DNA of 64,000 nucleotides from Raillietiella orientalis (Eukaryota): assembly GCA_036172245.1 (NCBI GenBank), contig JAYWIR010000007.1, forward strand, positions 3,968,001 through 4,032,000, written 5' to 3'. Below are positions 39,591 through 49,916 of the stretch, piece by piece (position 1 is the stretch's first letter; each line of letters begins with the position of its first letter). A program made the position numbers and the translations under genes. The notes under the pieces were generated by a model. It did no database searches, was not told the origin of the DNA, and saw only the letters and a program-made list of their open reading frames with translations.

Positions 39591-40887
39591 CTATGTCAGC
39601 ATAAATTCCTTTGGCCTTCTTTTAAGCCAAAGCTTGAAAATCCACAAATCATCTGCCATGACCACCAACAAAAATCCAAAAATGACGACCACTATTATCA
39701 GATAGCTCATGCAATATGAGGATGTATTCTGAAAAGGTGGATAAAACACTTGCATTTTGGGGCAATTGGATTGCTTGATGCAGTTCACAAGCTGAAAATC
39801 TGTATTCAAACATATCTTGATCTGTGATATATAATTCTTGTCCTGGAAAATATAATTTTCGATTTTATTTACCTTCAGAGTGATACACTCACATTTGCTG
39901 AGAGCTTGTCACAGTTGATCTGAGCTTTTACTTGTAATTTTTTTATTAAAGCATCCTCAATTGTTTCAAGCATGTAACCGTCATTCTCAGAGGGTACTAT
40001 ACGCTCTTCAGAAAGAAGCTTTAATAAATCGAATTTACTTTGATAGTCCAAAGCTCTCCTAAAGTACTTCAGTTCAGTATCAAGTTCTGGGTTCCGGATA
40101 GCACATGTGCCATGTTCCTCCCACTCGTGCTTCCAGAAATTTAATGGATTATCAAAAAAGGATGGCCAAAGCTTATACAGTGATGACCAGATGGGCTGTA
40201 ATGTTTCAAAATTAAATTTTAATGTGGAGTTACACCAGACAATGCTACGACTATCATAATTTGGCCTTATAATTGAACAAGAATAAAAGCAGCTCCAAAA
40301 TTATGTTTTCACTTACCAAAGCCCATGGATCGTCCAAGACGTTATATTGCTTGCAAGTGTTACTGGGCGCTTTAGGGAGGCCAGAATCTGCATCGTTGGA
40401 GGCCACTGTTGGCTAAAGACCAGAAGATTCCATGGTGTCGGTCGTCTGAAAATAAAAACACCAGCTCTTACGTGCACAAAGCCAACGATTGTGCAACAAC
40501 AGTTCGATCACTTTGACATCCGTAAACAGGGGAGTGCACAACCAACCTTTTGGCTGAACCTTGGGCATTGGATAATACAAAGCTGGTCGTTCGGTTGTAC
40601 TTTGGCTTGGGTCGAGGTCAAGCTCGAGACGAGACGCATGAAAGTATTATGAGCATAATGAGTCGGGCATGTGGCGACTAAAACGATTTATGAGCTCGGA
40701 CTGAATGCTACGGTTTCAAGTTCGGCTATGGCGGGGGGGGGGGGGGATCACAATGCCATACAAACCTGACACGTCTCGAAAATTCACGCGGAGTGGCAAA
40801 TGAACAGATTACTCACTTCGGCGTGGCGAAAGCGCCGGGTGGCGAAACACCAGCCAACAGCACGAAGCTCCATCCCAGCATTAACAT
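39591..40887 (-). CDS. RNASET2: Ribonuclease T2 family protein with signal peptide and predicted C-terminal transmembrane anchor; exons 40817-40887, 40317-40445, 39893-40265, 39591-39842
   Basis: Spliced translation: MLMLGWSFVLLAGVSPPGAFATPK|RPTPWNLLVFSQQWPPT...SWTIHGLW|PNYDS...WPSFFDNPLNFWKHEWEEHGTCA...QIKICLNTDFQLVNC...CPKMQVFYPPF...YLIIVVVIFGFLLVVMADDLWIFKLWLKRRPKEFMLT*. Both RNase T2 active-site segments are present (CAS I WTIHGLWP, CAS II FWxHEWxxHGTC). Donors are GTGAGT/GTAAGT and all joins are in frame. Confidence 0.92.
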
Positions 40888-41356
40888 GCTACCACGATTT
40901 GTTCCGTCCCCATCCAACTTCTCGCTTCCCGAAAGCGAACGACGTCAATAAATTGCCAAATCTTTAAACCGGGCAACGGCGCATCGAGATGAACCAAAGT
41001 CGAGGCGAGGCTGCAACTTCTAAACGCCGAACGAGAGCGGGGAGGGGGAATTCCAGATTTCCAGCTTTCTTCCAGACGAGTCGCGTTGTCCCCGTGCGAA
41101 GACCCGGGGACCTCCTCCGCGCTCCCCGGAGGCTAGCCGCCTCTCCGGGTCGAACTGGGCGGCCGGGGGTGTCAAAGGCAGCAGTTCCCATCGAATCCTC
41201 GCTCCCGGGGGGAAACGCATCCCATGCTTGAGGCACGCGATCTGCAATCCGGATGCCTTCATCTTCGTTCCCCAACTGACGTTTTTAAAGAGAACCCCTT
41301 GTTTACAAAATTCTTGACATATGCTTTCAAGCGCCCATTGGGATTGTGATGCTCCC

Positions 41357-41358
<2 letters not shown>

Positions 41359-41389
<31 letters not shown>
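41359..41389. repeat. (TG)n microsatellite
   Basis: About 15 uninterrupted TG units visible directly. Confidence 0.95.
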
Positions 41390-41393
<4 letters not shown>

Positions 41394-42959
41394 CCTTTCT
41401 TTCTTCATTTCCCTCGTCATCACCATCACTGCCACAGCACCTATCCGCGGTTCATTTGTGTCCCGGAGAAAACGTGCGGTATTTCGTTAGGAATAGGAAG
41501 ATTCGCAGCTTCTTATTTTGGGATTTGCCAGCCGTCGATCGAGCAGAACTTTCGGAGGTCCCCACGTATCTTACTACTTTACTCCAAGACCAAAAGAATC
41601 CAAAAGAAGCTGCCATCAAGAGGATCGAATCCGCGACTCAGATCCGCTAAAGCTTTTGCGAACGCGGATGCTGCGTCAGCGCGAACCCATGGGTATTCCT
41701 TCAAATAGGGATGTTCTTCCCAGCTTGTGAGTAATTCAACCCATTTATCGAAAAGTCGTTCGCATCCCTCACCGGAATAACCACGCATTTATTTCAAACG
41801 GAGTTCTGAATAAACTGATCACATATTGCCGTTAAAAAAGATGCTCAGTAGTAAACCAGAATTTTAATAAGGAGCAGTTATCTCCAGTGAGGCTCTTTGT
41901 TCACTTCTTCTTCTAGGGAAATGTACAGCGGAAACGATTCACTTGATAATGGCATGAGTATTTCATTTGAATTGCTTGAATTTAAATCAAATTCGGATTC
42001 AAGGAGGGAAAATTACTGAATGAATTCATTCCTAGCGGTGGAAACTCTTCAATTTTGCGGAACAAAAACGGTGGAGCAAATGAGAGCGGGAAGTCAACTT
42101 ATGCAATTCCCCCCCCCCCCCGCAAAAAAAAGGTCTTCGCTTTTCGCGCCAATTGTTTTGGCGCCAACGAAAGTTGCCGAGTTGAGCCTTGGAAGAGAGG
42201 AATTCCAACCTTCCGGCCACTTTGGAAGACGAGCCACCTTTCTACCGTACAGGCGGTCAGTAACATTTCTTTAGACTTGAAGGTCAGTGACATATTTCGA
42301 TAGAGTAACGGTACACACAAAGAAATGTAAATGCTGACTGCATGATTGCACTGCACGGAATGCCCGTGGGGAGCTCGCGGCGGAGGATGGCAGTCGGAGA
42401 TCGACGACGGTGGACCGTTAGGAAAAAATCTTGTTGTACACAGGGAAACGAAAGAGTACGCTCTCCGAAACAAGATTGGAGTTTTCTATATCACAGACTG
42501 TGAATACAGATGTGTAGTATTTTCATACAAATGAATTTTCATTTTAACCACAAGTATATCGTAGCATACGTTTATTCATCAGAATCAGAAGATTCTCATT
42601 TATGTTTGAAGGCAGGAATTTTCGTTTTTTGAATAACAGGAAATGCAACATGCAATACGCATGATATATCATATTTATTAGTTTGAGAGCTTATTACTTT
42701 CACGTCCTAGGTTTTTTTCACGCTACTTAGTTGTTACCGACTCCCACGGCTGTTCCCATTTCTTGCTTTTGGCCGTTACCGATTTCCCAGTTTTTCATTT
42801 CACTTTCGTTCTGCTTTCCTTTTGGGCACTTCTTAATTCTGCAGCGCAAAGTGGGCGTCGCGCATAGAAACCAGAAAATAAAATACGAATTGAAAATTTG
42901 AATTGGAACCCAGTTAGCCATTGCAGGGATCCTTTTGGGTTCTTCTCTGTCTTCGCTGT

Positions 42960-43862
42960 TTTTTTCCCTTCCAGCATCTTTTTTTTCAGTTTTTTCAGGT
43001 TTTCTTTTTTTTGGTCCGCTAAGTACCTCACGAGCCTGTCGCGTGCCTCGCGGCGCACGTGGCACTTCAACACTGTTCCACGCCACCCGCGGAAGGTGCG
43101 TGCTGTTCCTCAAGATAGGGGGGCACCCCGGAAGGGGGTCCGCCCTGTGAATCCAGAAAGGCTCGGAGCCCGTTCCTCTCACGTTTGGGGAGGAAGGACC
43201 GCACCTCCTACCCTGGTTGTCCCCGAAGGAGAACCCAGAAGGGAATCTCCTTCCTCATTCTCTCCGGAGGGACACCCCCTTCTAATGGGGAAGGACTGTC
43301 CTCTCCATTTCAACTTCTCCGAAGGGAACCCGGGAAGAATCCGCCAGTAGGAATTTCTTCTCCGGCGGGGACCCGCAAGGGAACCGCTCCTGTTCACTCC
43401 TCTGAAGAGAACCCGAAGGGACGCTTCCGAAACTCAGATGGGGCACTGCAGCTTCCCGCAGGGAATCGCTCTCGCTTGCTTCCTTGTGCACTCTGTGAAG
43501 AGGCGACGACTCGGAGGGTACCCCCCGCAACGGGGAGGATCCGCTCCTTTGAACAACTGGAGAGGTGCCCGTGAGGACTCCCCGGTGTGGGGGGTCCGCC
43601 GTTGTACGACCGGAGGGGGAACTCCCCACTCCTTGATTCCTGGAAGGACCCGAAGGTCGACTCCCATTGTTCCGGCCTTCATCGAGGGCCTCCGGCTTAA
43701 TCCACCGCCGATGCCACGCCCGAATGTCTCGACCAACCAGCGCCATTGCAGGAGAAACTCGGAACCCAACGACGCAGTGGCATCAGAGTTTCTGCCGAAG
43801 TATTCGAACCCACGACGCACGGTGCCACACGCGGAAGCCTTAACCACAAGGCCTCCGACCGG
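42960..43862 (-). mobile_element. Candidate tRNA-derived SINE (tRNA-like head, Deu/Nin-like central domain, A-rich tail)
   Basis: The minus strand begins GGTCGGAGGCCTTGTGGTTAAGGCTTCCGCGTGTGGCACCGTGCGTCGTGGGTTCGAATAC (Pol III A-box-like and B-box GGTTCGAAT). A GC-rich body follows in otherwise AT-rich DNA, then an A-rich stretch (AAAAAAAGAAAACCTGAAAAAACTGAAAAAAAA) at about 42980-43013. No target-site duplication identified and the 3' boundary is approximate. Confidence 0.55.
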
Positions 43863-46641
43863 GCAGGATTTCAATCACAGGATTTCCATCTCCATACGTT
43901 TACAGATACTTGAATTTCATCCCTGATCGATTGACGCAGGGTGAGGCGCTTTATTCGGGGATTTGAAATCATGAAAGTGGACCATTCTCCTATTCTCACT
44001 CGCACATCTGTTGATATACGTCAACAGTTATCTCGCTAATCTTTACTTATCCAAAATTTGTTTTGCGTGACTCAGTTATCCCTGGAGTTTCCGATTTTCA
44101 ATTTTTGAGATCCAGGTGAACATCTAAAGAAAGCCAATTCATTTTTCTTGGCAGGATGAAAAAGAAATGCGCGCTTTCATGGATTCTGGACACTGGGAAC
44201 TCCGTGATAGACAGATCACATTCCTTCTGCTTGCATTCCTCTTTTGAGGTATCCTGTTTCCAATTCCATGCATATATTCCAAATTAAAAAATGCTATGCC
44301 TCGAATAAGATGGCCTTTCCACTAAGATCTGCAACTGAACTCGAATACACTTAATTCGACACCATTCCAGCACATTTATCCTACTTCTTAGTGGTTCTCT
44401 TAGTTTAAACACAATGAATGTATTGAAGCCAAGATGACTTAACTTTGACCTACTACAGGAAAAACAAATCATTTCAGAATTTAACAGGAAACACATGAAC
44501 TTTGAAACTGCATCACCTATATAGCAAGTGCAATATGTGCATGCGAACTGATTGCTGATTACGATTTTGTTATTAAAATAAAAAACTGCAAGTTAGAAGA
44601 GGCACGAATTCCCTACATACCTCGTGCTTAACTTTTATATTATCGCTATCCAAAGATATCGTAAAACTTTAGCGCCAACTTCCCCTTATCACATCTGCTA
44701 TTCTTTACTTTTGTGCTATTTTTTAATTTGATTAAGTTGCTTCCTCGTGCTTTTGCGATACGGTGAAATGAAACTCGAAAAAGCTTTGTGAACGCCTCAA
44801 ACGAAGACTTTGCGATGATTACATTGCCTCATGGAACTCATCAATCAGAATGCAATTCGAACGCAGATGACAGCTGAATGAGCCCCGTGAAGTCCACATT
44901 CCAATCTGTCGGCTAATTGAGACTTTAGTTGCCCTGAAGAGATGAACGCTGCTCATGCTATGGTTCGTTCTCTTCAGAGAATACGAGAAGATGAAGAAAA
45001 AGTAGTAGCGCATTGGCTTTTAATAAACACTTCGCTTTAATAGTGCACTCCGGAAGAGGATTCCACTAGGAAGCAGTTACATAACTTGAACAAGTAACGA
45101 AAAGACAATAGGAGAAACGAAACAAGAGCTATATCACTGAACGGAGTAAGAACATTATCCTGCGGAGAAGAGAGACAAGGAAAATCCCCTTTTAGGGAGA
45201 TTGATCTAGGTTGGTCCACATATTCTCAGAGCTAAGAGAGGAACGCATTCATAAGAACTCTTTTCCACAGACAGATAAGGATCAGTTCAGCCACCGTATT
45301 CAGAATCTGTCTATGGCCTACCATCAGCGACAGGAAGGTCAGAGGTCAGAGGCAATCCACGTACGTCTGCTATGCGGCTTCTATGATGTTCGCAGCGGGT
45401 TTAGGACAGACAAAATGGGAATGATTTAAAAAATCCCAAGAAAAAAATTTTCAGTTGAAAATTCCTTGAAAGGAAGGGACGAAAAAAAAAGGGCAAAAAG
45501 AAACCGAAAAACTGAATACTTCACTTATGAAGAGTAATTTAATAGAATCGGACAATGGATTGCTCACTCTCGTGTTCAATTCAAAATGTTGCCCAGGAGA
45601 CATACTTCGACTCCAAAGTTTCCACCACAAAGTGTATAAAGAGTGCACAGCAGCACACAATTTACACATAACGATGAAAGCGTTATCAAATTGGTCTAGT
45701 CCGAATAACTCACGGTCTCTCAATTCAGGTATATGTCGGGAAGTGAGGTTTTTCTGTGAGCAAGCAGTATTTTCCTTTGCACTCGAGCCTAAGGGAATGA
45801 ATGGAGTGAGGATGCAACCAACTGCCTCGTTAAATTGCAGCTTTCATGTAATTTTGCTTGCATTTTGCACGTGTGGTCTGCATCGGCAGCTGGAAAGATA
45901 CGAAACGTTTGTATTCATTTTGCAAATCTTTTGCTTTCAGCTGTTTGATGTTTGCAAAATGTTTGCCTAGACGCGAATGGAAGCGTTGCATGCAATAGAT
46001 AAAGTCTTTATTTGACCTGCATAGAAAATTATGAAGTCATAATATCATGGCATGTACGACTCTTAACCCCCCCCCCCCTCCCCAAAGGAAGGGAAACTAG
46101 CTTACTTCCAGAAGAAAATTACTGCACCTAGTAAGTTAGTTTCTTTAAGGACAGTATGTTTCAAATCGTCTAAATTTGAATTTACGCCATATAGCTGTGA
46201 GTGCTCAGGCAACTGTCTAAATAAGTACGCGCATATTACTGTTATTTCTGCATGTAACAAATTCCCATAAATTACGAAGACCGTGGCAGTACTGTAATGA
46301 CCGGTATCTGCACAGCAATAAAGTATATAGATGCTTGCATTTCAACGGTGGAATAATGTTTCCATTATAATTAATGCTTGCTAATGAGTCTGCAGATTTT
46401 CCAGCACATCTCAAAACTTTTTTAAATTTAGTACACTTAACCGATGCATTCTAATACCTACGCTTTTGTTATAGTCCACAATGCGAGGAATGCATTGCAC
46501 TTTTGTCAACACAATCCATACGTCCGAAAAACTATATCATTTTCTAGAAACAGTTTTTTGAAATAGTGAAAACCTTCATCCTGAGAATTTTATGGGGCAA
46601 TTGATTACTATAAACCAATATATTGGTTTCATTCATTCATG

Positions 46642-49039
46642 CTAACATGATTGCTTTGGACCCAGCATTTCTTCTGGCCTAACCCATTGATCAAACTGTT
46701 CAGCAGTTAAGTAGCCAGACAAAAGTGCAGCTTCTTTAAGGGAAGTACCATCTTTGTGTGCCTTCTTAGCAATCTGGGCAGCTTTATCATAACCAATGTG
46801 TGTATTCAGTGCAGTAATCAGCATTAGTGAGTTGTTTAGTAGCTGTGTAATACATTCCTTATTTGCTGTGATGTTCACAACACAATGCTCTGCAAAGGAA
46901 GTACATGCATCTGCCAGAAGACGTATTGATCTAAAAGATACAGTGAGATCTCAGTATAATCACAATTACCAAATGACCTTAAAACATTAGCCACTATCAA
47001 TGGCTTAAACACATTCAATTCAAAATGACCATTGCTACCACCCACTGTCACAGCTGTATGATTGCCAATAACTTGGGCTGCTACCATAGTGAGAGCTTCA
47101 CACTGAGTTGGGTTTACTTTGCCTGTATGTTAAAGATACATGCATATGCCTAAGTGGCTGTCTCTTTCTACCTGGCATAATGCTGCTTCCAGGTTCATTT
47201 TCTGGAAGGGAAATTTCCCCAAATCCACAACGTGGACCTGAGGCTAGAAAGCGAATGTCATTGGCAATCTTCATGAGGCTGCATGAGATGACATTAAGGG
47301 CACCTGACACTTCAACCATGGTATCATGGCATGCTAGTGCCTCAAATTTATTAGGAGCTGTTTGAAAGGAAAGGCCTGTCAGCTTGGAAATTTGTTGTGC
47401 TATTTTAACATCAAATCCATATGGTGCATTTAGCCCAGTCCCAACAGCAGTGCCACCTTGAACACATCAATATGAACAAGACACTTGAGCCCAAGTGAGC
47501 TGTTTGCTACACTACCTGCTGCTAGAAATAGAACCCGTGGCATGACTGCTTGGACACGATCCAGATCTAATGCAAGCTGTTGCACATACCCACTGAATTC
47601 TTGACCTAAAGTTAATGGGGTTGCATCCTGCAGGTGAGTTCTTCCAATTTTTATAATAGATCCAAATTCAAGTGCCTTCATCTGCAGAGCATCCCTGAGT
47701 TTCTGCAGGGATGGAATGAGCACATTTTGCAATTCTAGTGCTGTAGCTACATGCATAGCAGTAGGGAAGATACAGTTAGAACTCTGCAATTATAGAAATC
47801 TAAAATAACAATTTTTGTTGAGATAATAGTCATGTATGTAAACATCATCCAATCACTTCAATAAGTACATCATACAAATATGTCACTTGAGTTAGTTAAA
47901 AATTCCAGTAACATAGGGCTTTGTTATAATTAGAAATTTGCTACATAAACTGAGATACTGCACCTGACTCATATTCACATGATCATTGGGATGAACTGGT
48001 GTCTTGCTTCCTAGTTGACCTCCCAACAACTCAATTGCTCTGTTACTAATGACTTCATTGACATTCATGTTAGTTTGAGTTCCAGAACCAGTCTGCCAAA
48101 TCACAAGGGGAAAATGACCTTTTTCATACAAGGAACCATCTATGACCTAGGTAATTGTAAAATAGGAAATTCTGCTTTAGGTTACCTCATCAGCAGCTTT
48201 ACAAATGGCATCAACAATTTCTGGTATGAGACCATATTCCTTATTAACAAGAGCAGCAGCTTTTTTGACATAGCCCAGTGCTTTAATCACAGAGATCTGA
48301 AACCAAGATATAATGCATCATGTTACACTGCTGAAAAGAGAAATAGCAAGCATTAGAGGTTCCACCACTGAACCAATGAACAAGAAATAAGTGAGATAAC
48401 ATGGCAACGAAGACAGGTAATAACACTCCTTAAAACTAAAGTTCATTCATGGAACAGTATGTTCCGATGCCAAAACACGAAATAACAAAATAAAAAGTAC
48501 AACACATCTTACTGGCATTCTTTCGGATTCTCCACCGATTGAAAAGTTCATTCTGGATCTCATCGTTTGAGCACCATAGTATCGATTGTTTGGGACCTTC
48601 AATTCACCAAATGTATCCGATTCAATTCTGTAGTCTCCCTACAGGATGTGAAAAGGGGTCAAATGACATTCAAAATGGGCGATTCGGTTGTTATTTTACT
48701 AAAATTGTAATACTACTGAAATTCAAGGAATGCAATCTGAATTAAACACATGTAATTTCAAGTTTAAGTTCTTCAGCAAAAGACTGAATATTCTGGCATA
48801 AAAATATTGTACTTTTGCAAATACCGTACACCTGTGCCAACTGTACCGAAATATTTTTACAGAAATGTAAAGCTGAAAACTGAAAAGCCAACTGTTCCAC
48901 CTGGGAATTGTCTTACCATTTTGCGGATACTAACTGCTCTGATGACCTTACAATTCTTGTGTAGGCATTGCAAATTAATTCTGAGTATTTTCAAAAACGG
49001 AACCATTGAATTCTCTTTTAGCACAACATTTACAAGCAT
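46642..49039 (-). CDS. FH: Fumarate hydratase class II, mitochondrial precursor; exon 1 48917-49039 (presequence), exon 2 48513-48638, exon 3 48186-48296, exon 4 47964-48146, then four further exons from 47783 to 46642
   Basis: [77 protein letters not shown]; fumarate-lyase signature GSSIMPGKVNP (split by an intron); [21 protein letters not shown]; ends [13 protein letters not shown]. Start ATG is 49039 or 49006. Confidence 0.96.
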
Positions 49040-49858
49040 TCACAAACCACATAGGGATTGCGAGTGGCTGATCCGGCACACCAATGTTTACCAAATCCTT
49101 CCTTAAAATGCAAAATTTCATGGACCTTAATCAAGAGTTGGTAATAAGTCTAATAGAGAAAAAAGAATACGATTCCACAATTGCTACGTAAACCCTTGAA
49201 CTATTGAAATGAAAGTGGAACAGATGTTCCTTGAAGGACAGAAATAAGATCTAACGGCATCTAGGACCTCCGTGCGTAGAATGTAAGTAGGAAGAGCGAA
49301 AAAACTTCCAAAATTTAAAGATTCTAAAATGTAGCATTGAGGATGTTCTGCAGAAAAAATTTCGAACTCTGCTTTCCTTTACTGCAACGAAAGTTGAAAA
49401 CATTTCCACAACACAGGAAACCCCATAAAAAGTAGACATCTCAAACAATGTTTGTGGAAGAGAGGAAACCTTTAATTCACAGAGTGCACTTTATAACAAA
49501 AAAGAAATATGATTTTGTTTCGAACTCCAGTAGTAGCAATGATTTTAACGAAGTAGGTGCAATTCGTAGGCACTTCAGATAATGGAGTATGGCAATGAAA
49601 CACGACAAAGATTTGGAATTTCCTGACGTTGGATAGCTACGAATGCAAGTTGTCCTAAGATTTTGTGAAGATTTCTATTCGTTGAGCCTTCTATATATGA
49701 AGGATGAAAATCCAAAAAATAATAACCTCTCTTTGGCAGTTGTTCATGTGAGAATGCTAAGTTAAATGCATGCTTGGATAATAAATAGATGCATTCTTCT
49801 ATACTCAAAGTGTCTCAAATAAAAAGGGAAGGGAAGTCTCTATAAACTGCAGAACGAA

Positions 49859-49916
49859 ATATATATATATATAACAATCGATGCTGATATATATATATAT
49901 ATATATATCTGCATCG
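49859..49916. repeat. Two (AT)n microsatellites, the second enclosed in an inverted repeat
   Basis: ATATATATATATA at about 49859-49873, then CGATGC-T-G(AT)nC-T-GCATCG at 49879-49916. Confidence 0.9.

Noticed and set aside
41605..41700. Second tRNA-like B-box (GGATTCGATCC on the minus strand)
   Set aside because: No convincing A-box or cloverleaf; too degenerate to call.
43790..43862. Functional tRNA-His gene
   Set aside because: Acceptor and anticodon stems do not pair properly and there is no T-run terminator just downstream. Better explained as a SINE head.
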